This document shows positions 1 to 10,262 of a stretch of 64,000 nucleotides of DNA, piece after piece. A model generated the notes under the pieces. It was given only the letters and a program-made list of their open reading frames with translations, ran no database searches and was not told where the DNA came from. Each line of letters begins with the position of its first letter. Positions within the stretch are counted from its first letter, which is position 1. The translations under genes and the position numbers were made by a program. This stretch comes from Octopus sinensis (taxonomy: Eukaryota), in assembly GCF_006345805.1 (NCBI RefSeq), contig NC_042997.1:43524001-43588000 (forward strand), read 5' to 3'.

Positions 1-160
1 TATGTATGTATGCATGTATGTATGTAAGGTGTATGTATGGTGTATGTATGTATGTATGCATGTATGTATGGTGTATGTATGTATGTTGTATGTATGTATG
101 GTGTATGTATGTATGTATGTATGTATGTATGTATGTATGTATGTATGTATGTATGTGTAT
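1..160. repeat. (TATG)n microsatellite
   Basis: Direct tandem TATG with TGGTG variants; abuts an RTE fragment. Confidence 0.98.
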
Positions 161-722
161 AAAAAAACGTACAAAAAGTACATAAAAGGCAACTGGAAGG
201 AACTGCGAATCGATGTAAAAAAAATCTTGGAAAAGCTAGCTTTGGAAAGAGTGTAGGAAACATATGAGGGAAGGTTGTGAAACTTTTGGAAAGGGTCGCT
301 TTGGGCACGAAAGGCTAAATCGTCGGCTTCGAAGGGATGTCAGCAGAATGTCGATGAAGACATGAAATGTTAGAGGTGTGAAATGTGTGGCTGTATACTC
401 CTTTCTAAGGGAGGATATGTCCACCAACGTCCTCCCTTAAAGAGCAGTGATTCAACGTATGCAATATGTGGAAAGGTCTGCAACGGATTTCAAATCTGGA
501 AAGACAATTAGCAGTACACAAAGATCGTACCTCCCAAAGTGACCCTTTCAACCCAGAGGAAGCTACAGCTTTCGCCTGTCATTTATGCTTCAAATCATGC
601 AGATCTGCTGCAGGACTGAATAATCATCTGAGAGGTCATGAACGGAAAGCGAGAAGTGCCATTGACAACGAGGAAGTACAAAGAGTCGGCAATCATCTGT
701 GAAGATGGAGCAATCCCCATGT
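161..722 (+). mobile_element. RTE-clade LINE 3' fragment with C2H2 finger, degenerate
   Basis: KKTYKKYIKGNWKELRID (post-RT KRYKD-like) and CHLCFKSCRSAAGLNNHLRGH; same architecture as 7618-8585; stops and frameshifts. Confidence 0.75.
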
Positions 723-860
723 AACGGGCTTCTTTCAGTTTTCGTCAACCAAATCTACTCATAAGGCTTTGGTCAACCCGAGGCTTTCGAAGAAAATACT
801 CGCCCAAGGTATGAGCAGTAGGACTGAACCCGGAACCATGGAATTGGGAAATAAAGCTTT
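723..860 (-). mobile_element. Family B (CORE-like tRNA SINE) head fragment, diverged
   Basis: ACGGGCTTCTTTCAGTTT...GGACTGAACCCGGAACCATG matches 5395-5547. Confidence 0.8.
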
Positions 861-884
861 TTACTACATACATATGCATGTGCC

Positions 885-922
<38 letters not shown>

Positions 923-1073
923 CGTACATATATACATACACACACACACATGTATAATTATGTATATGTATATGTATATATATATATTTGTGTGTGTGTG
1001 TGAGTGTGACCACGTGTGTATCTTTGACGATTTTCTTTCTCCGTCTTCCCTTCCTTGGACCTTTCTGTTTTCT

Positions 1074-1108
1074 GTTTCTGACGAAGAGTTCCGCTCGAAA
1101 CGTTAAAT
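1074..1108 (+). ncRNA. Minimal type I hammerhead ribozyme motif in a Penelope-type terminus
   Basis: gttt-CTGACGA-A-GAGT(tcc)GCTC-GAAA-CGT-T-aaat; palindromic ACGT stem III; followed by pyrimidine-rich tract and (TA)n. Confidence 0.6.
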
Positions 1109-1954
1109 CCTTCTTTCTTTCCTTTCCTGAGCGTCCAATTACACTATACTTGTTCCACTTCCTTGCGTTGTTGTTTTTTCTCTCTGTGTTTTCATATCTG
1201 CATTAACTATATATATATACATATACATATACATCAGTTGACAGGTTATACAGCAAATTGTTTTGTGAAATTACATCACAATATCACATTTAGCTCATCG
1301 AGTGTAGAACCAGCTTACGACTGTTTGAGTAATATTACGTAACCCCAGGAAACAAACGGTCCGCTCTACAAATCTGATATTGAGTATTGTCATCTCATCT
1401 ACATCATGATAATACATATGAGCTATACACACGCATATAATTCACAGTCACCAGACCATTTTATATATGGTTCGCTGTTTGCGCAAATGGATTGGCACAC
1501 AAACACAAAAAACAATATGACATGGCTTTAATTTGGATATAAATAACATCAGAGGTATATTATCTCGCGACAGCCAGTGATCCATTGAAGTGTAAGTGAC
1601 ATGGCTATTCAAATGGATAATATATACATATATAGCATATATAATTATACAATATAATGATACATGTAGCATAAATAATAGACATAATATAATATAATAT
1701 AATATAATATAATATAATATAATATATATATATATATATATAATGTGAAATAGAAAGATGAATAATCTTGTAGTAGATTAATCAAAAGTTTAACCGATAC
1801 CTTAGTAGCAAAAATCACAGCAGTGAACAGCACGGTTGGAGGTACAACACCATCTGGCGTTGCAACCGTGCGTTGGTGCGGATAATTGAAATTAAAACAT
1901 TATTGGTGAATTGAAGAAATGGAGCTGAACGCAGATTGAACAGAAATCGTTTTA

Positions 1955-2044
1955 TTTCATTCTACACGTGTTTCGAAAGGCACAAATTACCAAAATCCGA
2001 TTGAATAATGGGACCATATTGTGTCTTTCTCTTCAGGAAGAAAA
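1955..2044 (-). ncRNA. Type I hammerhead motif (left IR arm)
   Basis: Reverse complement of 2131-2220. Confidence 0.7.
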
Positions 2045-2130
2045 AGGAAATCCGTTGGAAAAACAAAAACAGAACAGAGGCAGAGCAAAAAACAAATCGA
2101 ACTGTGCTCCTAAGAGCCCATGGCGAAACT

Positions 2131-2220
2131 TTTTCTTCCTGAAGAGAAAGACACAATATGGTCCCATTATTCAATCGGATTTTGGTAATTTGTGCCTTTC
2201 GAAACACGTGTAGAATGAAA
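2131..2220 (+). ncRNA. Type I hammerhead motif with extended stem II (right IR arm)
   Basis: CTGAAGA 2139-2145; stem II GAAAGACACAA/TTGTGCCTTTC (10 of 11 pairs); GAAA 2201-2204; palindromic ACACGTGT stem III; GTA triplet; stem I ttttcttc/gaatgaaa (7 of 8 pairs). Confidence 0.72.
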
Positions 2221-2270
2221 TAAACGATTTCTGTTCAATCTGCGTTCAGCTCCATTTCTTCAATTCACCA

Positions 2271-2326
2271 TATATTATATATTATATATAATATATATAT
2301 ATATATACATATATATAATATATAAT

Positions 2327-2391
<65 letters not shown>

Positions 2392-2425
2392 ATATATATA
2401 TATAATATATATATATATAATATAT
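2271..2425. repeat. (TA)n microsatellite
   Basis: Direct. Confidence 0.97.
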
Positions 2426-2595
2426 TTTATTTTTTAATTTATTTTATCTAGTTTCACCTCACGAGCTGTGGCCATGCTGGGGCACCGCCATTAAATAATA
2501 TAGAAATTTTTTTTACTACCAGTGGCCTAGCGTGTAGAAAAATTACTCAATAGACTATATATTATTCATATAAATACAGTGTACATTTAAACACA

Positions 2596-3027
2596 TATGT
2601 CACGCTGGTGAGACCCATATTGGAGTACGGGATTCAAGCCTCTTCTCCTTATCTCCTCAAAGACATACATAATCTCGAAAGAGTCCAGAAGCTGGCTACC
2701 CGCATGGTTCTTGGTCTCAAGCATTTGTCTCATGAAGAAAGGCTGAAGACGCTCGACCTTTATTCTCTAGAAAAACGACGACGCCGTGGTGATCTCATTC
2801 TTGCTCACAACATCATAAGCGGAAAGTGTAACCTCTCGAAAGAGCTGTTCTTCACTCTTGCTCCAGAGTGTCGGCTGCGGGGTCATTCCGAAAAGCTCTA
2901 TCTGCGACGATTTCATCTCAATCGAAGGAGAGGGGCTTTCTCCGTCCGGGTTGCGGTTCCGTGGAATAAGCTGCCGGACGAGATAGTGAAGATGCCGATG
3001 ACCGCTCGGTTCAAAGTCTCCCTTTAA
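2596..3027 (+). mobile_element. CR1-clade LINE ORF2 C-terminal fragment
   Basis: VRPILEY...LERVQKLATRM...YSLEKRRRRGDLI...LRGH...RRGAFSVRV..WNKLP. Confidence 0.9.
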
Positions 3028-3030
3028 TGC

Positions 3031-4143
3031 ATGATGGCAGCTTCTGCAGTGGATTCTGGTAAAATTGAAGCACTGGCAGTCATGAAGCTCCTCTTTTTGC
3101 AAAGCAGAAGAGCGGCGGAAATCCATGGCGAGATGAAAGAAGTCTTGAAGGATGGCTGCCCATCTTACGTCACAGTAAAAATCTTGGTGTCAAGGTTTCG
3201 GACTGGTCCTTTCGAGTCACAGATGAACCTCGACCAGGACGGATATCTTCCGCAACCACGGAAGACAAAGCCGACGCTGTGGACGTCATGATTCTTGAGG
3301 ACCGCCGGATTTCAGCTGAAGTCATAGCTGGGATTTTGAGGATTTCCCACAAAAGAGTTGGCCATATCATCCACAAAATTCTGGAGATGAGAAAGCTTTC
3401 CGCCAAATGGGTGCCAAAATGCCTGAACGCCGATCAGAAGCACATCAGAGTGACGATATCAAAGGCGATTTTGAACCAGTTTGCAGCGGGAGAGGCTGAC
3501 TTGATAGACCGTTTATTCACCATGGATGAAACTTGGCTTCATCATTATGATCCCTAGACAAAGCAGCAGCCAATGGAGTGGCACCACAACGGTTCACCGC
3601 GTTCCAAGAAGTTTTGGACTCAGAAGTCAGATGGAAAGACTCTGGCTTCACTGTTCTGAGACCAAGACGGAGTACTCATAAAATACCTGCCAAATGGTCG
3701 CACCACATGTGTCTACTGGATGAACTGCATGACACTTTGAAGTAGAAACGCCATGGAAAGCTGACCTGTGGTGTCCTGCTTTTTACAAGACAATGCACCA
3801 GCTCACACATGAAACTCGAGAGAAAATATGCGACTTTGGCTTCGAATTGGTAGAGCAGCCACCTTACTTTCCTGACTTGGCCCCCTCCAGCTATTCCCTC
3901 TTTCCACAACTGAAGAAACAGCTCAAGGCAACGAAATTTTATTCCAATTCGGAAGTGATCGCTGCTAGAGAGGCCTGGTTGGAGGCCCAACGTTCTGAGT
4001 TCTTTTACAGGGCTTAGAAAAACTGAAGGACTGCTGCAATAAGTGTGTGAATCTGAGAGGGGGAATATGTTGAATAAAATCATAATTACTTGGCCCTCTT
4101 GTATTTTTTTTACCCAAAGCCAGGAACTTTTCAGCACACCCAA
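3031..4143 (+). mobile_element. Mariner-type transposase pseudogene with 3' TIR-like end
   Basis: N-terminal HTH, WVPKCL (WVPHEL-like), TMDETWLHHYDP, PYFPDLAPSSY (YSPDLAP-like); in-frame stops; 3' end GGAACTTTTCAGCACACC; no 5' TIR seen. Confidence 0.92.
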
Positions 4144-4144
4144 G

Positions 4145-4582
4145 TATGTGTGTGCTTCTATGCACCAAGCGCCTATAGAAGAGGGTCTCTTAAGGCTAAT
4201 AACGCAGAATTCGGTGTTCTAACAAGGTATCCATGTTAAGTTGGAAATAAAAATTAACTTTTGTTGTTAATACTGATTCCGTCGCTAATAATTAATTTTT
4301 AATAAATCTGCTGGCTATTTGCAACCTCATTGCCCGAAAAGATATTGAAAATTTATAATCGCAGCAGATTTGGCTGGCATGAAGTGAACGGTTCTTTTCA
4401 TTGAAGAAGTCTATTAGACTGAAATCACTTGCCATAGGAATTCTGGTTCCCATGACAGATGCATTCCATCTGCTATGATCTATGTGTGTACTTTTATGCA
4501 CCAAGCGCCTATAGAAGAGGGTCTCTCAAGGCTAATAACGCAGTATGCAGTGTTCTAACAAAACATCCATGTTAAACTGGAC

Positions 4583-4584
<2 letters not shown>
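4145..4584. repeat. Imperfect 104-bp direct repeat (4145-4248 and 4481-4584)
   Basis: TATGCACCAAGCGCCTATAGAAGAGGGTCTCT..AAGGCTAATAACGCAG shared; period 336. Confidence 0.9.
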
Positions 4585-4619
<35 letters not shown>

Positions 4620-4698
4620 GAGTATAAAAATTCGGGGTGAGTACTTGATAATTATAAGCACCTGTGTATACCGTTTGGTGGTGTAGGTGGTGGAGTAA

Positions 4699-4923
4699 AT
4701 TGATCAAAATAAAAACATGATGCGAAGGACTCAGCGGTACATATGTTTCGGGCCTTTATTAGACAGATTTATAACAATGCATAATGTATGTCCTTGTGGA
4801 AGCTGTTGTGCGCGGCTGAAGAAGGCCACAGACATACATTATGCATTGTTATAAATCTGTCTAATAAAGGCCCGAACATATGTACCGCTGAGTCCTTCGC
4901 ATCATGTTTTTATTTTGATCAAT
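4699..4923. repeat. Inverted repeat, arms 4699-4792 and 4831-4923; Penelope-type terminus
   Basis: Arms complementary except one A; sister copy at 22799-22920. Confidence 0.93.
4812..4888 (+). ncRNA. Hammerhead motif, one core A missing
   Basis: gcgg-CTGAAGA-AGGCC...GGCCC-GAAC-ATAT-GTA-ccgc; the left arm reads GAAACATATGTA. Confidence 0.55.
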
Positions 4924-4943
4924 ATATATATATATATATATAT

Positions 4944-5050
4944 AATACAGTGTACATTTAACACATATGAGGTGTCCATCATAGGACTCCCTTACGCTAG
5001 AAGGGAGTCCTATGATGGACACCTCTTATGTGTTTAAATGTAACTGTATT
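4944..5050. repeat. Fold-back hairpin, ~50-bp arms, 7-nt loop
   Basis: Perfect 25-bp core GAGGTGTCCATCATAGGACTCCCTT / AAGGGAGTCCTATGATGGACACCTC; 5030-5110 recurs inverted at about 2510-2597. Confidence 0.93.
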
Positions 5051-5141
5051 TTATATGAATAATATATAGTCTATTGACTAATGTTTCTATACGCTAGGCC
5101 ACCGGTAGTAAAACAGTCTAAAACCTTTTTTACCCTCTCTC

Positions 5142-5348
5142 TTTACTCTCTTTTACTTGTTTCAGTCATTTGACTGCGGCCATGCAGGAGCACCGCCTTT
5201 AGTCGAGCAAATCGACCCCGAGACTTATTCTTTGTAAGCCCAGTACTTATTCTATCGGTCTCTTTTGCCGAACCGCTAAGTGACGGGGACGTAAACACAC
5301 CAGCATCGGTTGTCAAGCAATGCTAGGGGGACAAACACAGACACACAA

Positions 5349-5383
<35 letters not shown>

Positions 5384-5547
5384 CATATATAAGACAGGCT
5401 TCTTTCAGTTTCCGTCTACCAAATCCACTCACAAGGCATTGGTCGGCCCGGGGCTATCGTAGAAGACACTTGCCCAAGATGCCACGCAGTGGGACTGAAC
5501 CCGGGACCATGTGGTTGGTTAGCAAGCTACTTACCACACAGCCACTC
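5142..5547 (-). mobile_element. Family B SINE, near full length
   Basis: tRNA-like head with GGTTCAGTCC B box, CORE-like CATCTTGGGCAAGTGTCTT, internal (TG)/(TA) microsatellite, GTAAAAGA tail. Confidence 0.9.
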
Positions 5548-5551
5548 TATA

Positions 5552-5595
<44 letters not shown>

Positions 5596-5714
5596 ATATT
5601 ATTTCATATATGAATGGTCATTTATATAATAGTCTTTGTTTTGTTTTTGGTTCTTTTGAAGAAGTAACTAAATAACTTTTGTTGAATAGTCAATGAATGA
5701 AGTATTGATTTCAA

Positions 5715-5925
5715 ATTTTTGTAACAAGGTCGCAGTTTCGCAGGAAGGAGATATGTCGATCACATCGACCCAGTACTCAGTTGATACTTATTTTATCGAA
5801 CCCCGAAGGATGGAGGGCAAAGTCAACCTCAGCGAAATTTGATGAACACAGAACGTGAAGACGGAGGAAATGTCGTTAACTATTTTGCCCGGCGTACTAA
5901 CGATTCTGTCAGGTCATCGCCTTCC
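5715..5925 (-). mobile_element. Family C (Deu/Nin) SINE, diverged
   Basis: Reverse complement of GTTGACTTTGCCCTCCATCCTTCGGGGTTCGATAAAATAAGTATC. Confidence 0.7.
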
Positions 5926-6237
5926 AATGAATGAAAGAATTAAATATTAATGCCTTGGTTATAAAGCTATTAATCGAAAAATATTTCGAAGTAGGTAAAC
6001 GTTAAAAAAGAAAACGATTATATAATGTACAATATAAAATGTTGAAGTTATATAATAGAGGTAGTTCTTTGCTGCAGTTTCCCCATCCCACATTTACAAC
6101 TCTTTTAATATGCCATCTTATTTCATCTGCTTCCTCTTTGGCTCTGTCTTTGGGGGTCTTGACGACATTGGTCACGAGATCTAATAAAATATCAAATTTC
6201 ACCACCCCAACAAAATGGCGTTACTTTTTATCATATA

Positions 6238-6640
6238 CTAGCAGTATCGCCCGGCGTTGCTCGGGTTTGTAAGGGAAATAACTATATAAGCATTTTTAGA
6301 GAGTTATAGCCAAAAAATAGCAAAAAAGGCATTAAAAATGGAAAGAAAAAAATGATGGTAAATTTTTTTTAAATCGTTGACTCATCGTAGACATTTTTAG
6401 AGAGTTACTTCCCTTATATAATAGCGAAAAAATGCATTAAAATGGAAAAAAATGATGTTAAATTATTTTTTAAATCGTAGACTCATCGTAGACGCGCGCT
6501 AATACCCAGAAGGGCTCGATATGAATCACGACTATAAGATACCCGGTTTTGGTTAAACTGCACCGCAAAATGTGGGAGTAGTTAGGAATCTAAATCGTAG
6601 GAGACAGACACTCACACAACTTCACTTTTATATATAAAGA
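6238..6640 (-). mobile_element. Non-autonomous Helitron, family H1
   Basis: On minus strand: A|TC start, 3' CCCGAGCAACGCCGGG hairpin then CTAG|T; copies at 35938, 42378, 54756. Confidence 0.85.
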
Positions 6641-6848
6641 TAATAAAAGAGAAGCAGATCTCCGTCTGTCTGGTCACGAGATCTATAAGATGGAGGGAAA
6701 GAAGACGCGGAATCGAAGTATACATCACAACGTATTTTTAGAAGAAGGGCAAAAGAAAAAGTTGTTGTTGAGAGAGAGAAAGAGAGAGAGATAGAGAGAG
6801 AGAGAGAGAAAGAAAGAGTGTGTGTAAGATAGATAAATGGGTAGTGTT

Positions 6849-6862
6849 GTCACCATAGTAAC
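6849..6862. promoter_or_regulatory. RFX X-box-like motif
   Basis: GTCACCATAGTAAC fits GTNRC(N0-3)RGYAAC; function unshown. Confidence 0.25.
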
Positions 6863-6951
6863 TAACAAGTTTTGATTAAAACGCGGGAATTTAAATTGCA
6901 AGTCTGTCAAGAACATAACACAAACTTCAAAAAAGGGTGCATGTATGCCTG

Positions 6952-6985
<34 letters not shown>

Positions 6986-7545
6986 TGTATGTATGTATGT
7001 ATGTATGTATATATATGTATATATATATTATATATAATTATATGCATAATTATATATAATTATAATTATATGCATAATTAGATTTTTTGTTGTTTGTGTA
7101 TATATGTGTGTGTTTCTGTGTCTTTCAACATATAGACAACGCAACACAGACTTTAAAAAGGACTTTCACTCTAAACAATTTATGTACATAATTAACAAAT
7201 ATTTTTACCGACAGCGTAGCAACAGTAATTTGTGAATTTGTGAATTTTTATATAAACTCAGTGCATATGTCAAACAACAAACATCAACCGAATTTTTCTG
7301 TAATTCTTGTAAGTTGTAGATAAATATTTATGCTACTTTTATTATTATTGTAGAAGAGAAAGGGGGAAAGCAAGTCTTCTTCAGTACTTGTTGCAATAAC
7401 TTAATACAAATTTAACCATTCATTCTCAAAAAGAACTATCTGAACTGCTGGAATATAAATGATCCAAACGCTAAGTACATCTTAGAAAAAGCTTTATTAC
7501 TAAAGATTATCTCTACCAGTAACGTTGATGCTATATGACCCCACC

Positions 7546-7549
<4 letters not shown>

Positions 7550-7580
<31 letters not shown>

Positions 7581-7617
7581 TGTATGTATGTATGTATGTA
7601 TGTATGTATGTATGTAT
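7550..7617. repeat. (TATG)n at the RTE 5' junction
   Basis: Direct. Confidence 0.97.
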
Positions 7618-8585
7618 TGTTGCTTTCGGAAAGCTAGAAAAGCGCCTCTGGAGTCGGCGAGACATATGCAGAAAGACAAAGATAAAGGTGTACAAGGCAT
7701 ATGTGCTCCCTTCTCTTCTCTATGCCTGCGAGACGTGGGTCACATATCGATACCACCTTAAACATCTGGAACGTTTCCATCAGATGTGCCTCAGGCGGAT
7801 CGATAGCATTAAGTGGAAGGACCGCATCAGTGATCTTGAAATACTCGAAGGCTCTCGGTGTGTAAGTATAGAAGCTCTTGTGTTAAAGCAAAGGCTCAGA
7901 TGCAGTGGTCATCTGGTCAGAATGAAGGATTCAAGGATGCCAAAACGACTCTTTTATGGAGAGTTAGCTAAAGGAGAACGACCTGCACATAAACCAAAAA
8001 AGAGGTATAAGGACTTGCTGAAGGCTTCCTTAAGAGATGCTTGCATCTCTCCTGACACATGGGAAGGCATAGTTATTGATCGTAGCAGGTGGAGAAGGAT
8101 TGTGCATGAGGGGACAGCCACGTTTGAGAAATCTCGAGTTGCACATGAGAAAGTAAGGAGGGATGTCAGGAAGGGCATCGCTGTTACACTTCCAGAAGGG
8201 AAGGGTCTTCCTTTGATTCTGACATGCAATGTCTGTGCAAGACCCTGCCTCAGTAAAGCTGGACTCATGAGTCATCTTCGTAGTCATAAAACGAGACAGA
8301 TGAGTGACAACCTGGCCACTGGTGGTGGTGTAACACACCATAGTAATCATATCTGTCGGGCATGTGGAAGAGAGTGTAATTCGGCAGGAGGACTTAAACG
8401 ACATGCAAAGGTACATGAAGCCCAGTTACAACTACAGCCGGCTATTACCGGTAAAGGTTTTAGCTGCCAATTCTGTACAAGACATTGTAGATCTTTAGCT
8501 GGGCTAAAAAGTCACATTCGATCACAGCACCAGTAACAGTTAAGCTTCGTGCAATGGCCATACTCGATAACGAGGGGGCAGCCAT
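7618..8585 (+). mobile_element. 5'-truncated RTE LINE with open C-terminus and three C2H2 fingers
   Basis: TKIKVYKAYVLPSLLYACETW...RLRCSGHLVRM..SRMPKRLFYGEL...KKRYKD; CNVC..HLRSH, CRAC..HAKVH, CQFC..HIRSQH; stop at 8536; short 3' UTR. Confidence 0.92.
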
Positions 8586-8586
8586 A

Positions 8587-8588
<2 letters not shown>

Positions 8589-8617
<29 letters not shown>

Positions 8618-8749
8618 TGTATGTATGTATGTATGTATGTATGTATGTATGTATGTATGTATGTATGTATGTATTTATGTAGGTATGTATGTATGTATGT
8701 ATGTATGTATGTATGTATGTATGTATGTATGTGCGTATGTATGTATGTT

Positions 8750-8818
<69 letters not shown>
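8589..8818. repeat. (TATG)n then (TA)n, RTE 3' flank
   Basis: Direct. Confidence 0.97.
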
Positions 8819-8820
<2 letters not shown>

Positions 8821-9046
8821 AGGTTGTCAAGTATGAAATTTGTTGAAAAGAAAAAAAGTTTGCTAATATTTTATAAATATAAGGAAAAGTTTTATTCATA
8901 TACGCAAAATGAGTTAGAATAAAGAAATAGATATGTCAGCTTTCTAACAAAAGATAGAGATTGTCAAAATATAATAATGGCACAAAATGAGCAGCTGTCA
9001 ACGGTTACAATATACCTTACTACAAATTTTATACTTGACGACCTAA
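8819..9046. mobile_element. Mariner-type MITE
   Basis: AGGTTGTCAAGTATGAAATTTGT versus ACAAATTTTATACTTGACGACCT, 21/23 inverted match; TTAGGTTG-like mariner end. Confidence 0.65.
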
Positions 9047-9049
9047 TCT

Positions 9050-10095
9050 ATGTACGTATGTATGCATGTATGTATGTATGTATGTATGTATGTATGTATG
9101 TACGTACGTATGTATGTATGTATGTATGTATGTATGTATGTATGTATGTACGTATGTATGTATGTATGTATGTATGTATGTATGTATGTATGTATGTATG
9201 TATTTATGTATGTATGTATGTATGTATGTATGCATGTATGTATGTATGTATGTATGTATGTATGTATGTATGTATGTACGTATGTATGTATGTATTTATG
9301 TATGTATGTATGTATGTATGTATGTATGTATGTATGTATGTATGTGTGTATGTACGTATGTATGTATGTTTGTTTGTATGTGTGCATGTATGTATGTATG
9401 TATGTATGTATGTACGTATGTATGTATGTATGTATGTATGTATGTATGTATGTATTTATGTATGTATGTATGTATGTATGTATGTATGTATGTATGCATG
9501 TATGTATGTATGTATGTATGTATGTATGTATGTATGTATGTATGTACGTATGTAAGTATGTTTGTTTGTATGTGTGCATGTATGTATGTATGTACGTATG
9601 TATGTATGTATGTATGTACGTATGTATGTATGTATGTATGTATGTATGTATGTATGTATGTATGTATGTATGGTGTGTGTGTGTATGTATGTATGTATGT
9701 ATGTATGTATGCATGTATGTATGTATGCATGTATGTATGTATGTATGTATGTATGTATGTATGTATGTATGTATGTGTGTATGTATGGTGTGTATGTATG
9801 TATGTATGTATGTATGTATGTATGTATGTATGTATGTTGTGTGTGTGTATGTATGTATGTATGTATGTATGTATGTATGCATGTATGTATGTATGCATGT
9901 ATGCATGTATGTATGTATGTATGTATGTATGTATGTATGTATGTATGTATGTATGTATGTATGTATGGTGTGTGTGTGTATGTATGTATGTATGTATGTA
10001 TGTATGTATGTATGTATGTATGTATGTATGTATGTATGTATGTATGTATGTATGTATGTATGTATGTATGTATGTATGCATGTATGTATGTATGT
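9050..10095. repeat. ~1-kb (TATG)n array with repeated variant blocks
   Basis: Direct; source of the 190-357 aa artefact ORFs. Confidence 0.99.
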
Positions 10096-10262
10096 TTGTA
10101 TTTGTATTATAAACATTTAATAACGATAGATGTATTTCTGGGATAACTGGAAGCCGAAATGTTAGAAAGAGAGGGAAAGAGAGATTTCAGTAAGAAGTGT
10201 TTCCAACCTACGTTTGAATCGATTTACTTTCGTCTCCTATGAAACCGAGAGTTGGACAATTA

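Larger units (their letters stand above)
1904..2270. repeat. Near-perfect inverted repeat, arms 1904-2046 and 2129-2270, 82-nt spacer
   Basis: Arms are reverse complements except a 1-nt indel in a T run; the ORF track shows matching peptide ends on both strands. Confidence 0.97.

Noticed and set aside
2596-4143. Functional CR1-mariner fusion gene
   Set aside because: The CR1 frame stops at 3027 and the transposase has several stops and frameshifts; these are adjacent relics.
4172-4200. CTATAGA-A-GAG-GGT-CTC as a hammerhead core
   Set aside because: No GAAA or cleavage triplet follows in either repeat copy.
8977-10146. ORFs of 190-357 aa (MYVC/HTYI repeats), and similar ones at 32.7-33.6, 45.3-46.0, 47.1-48.1 and 59.0-59.6 kb
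   Set aside because: Translations of stop-free microsatellites, not genes.
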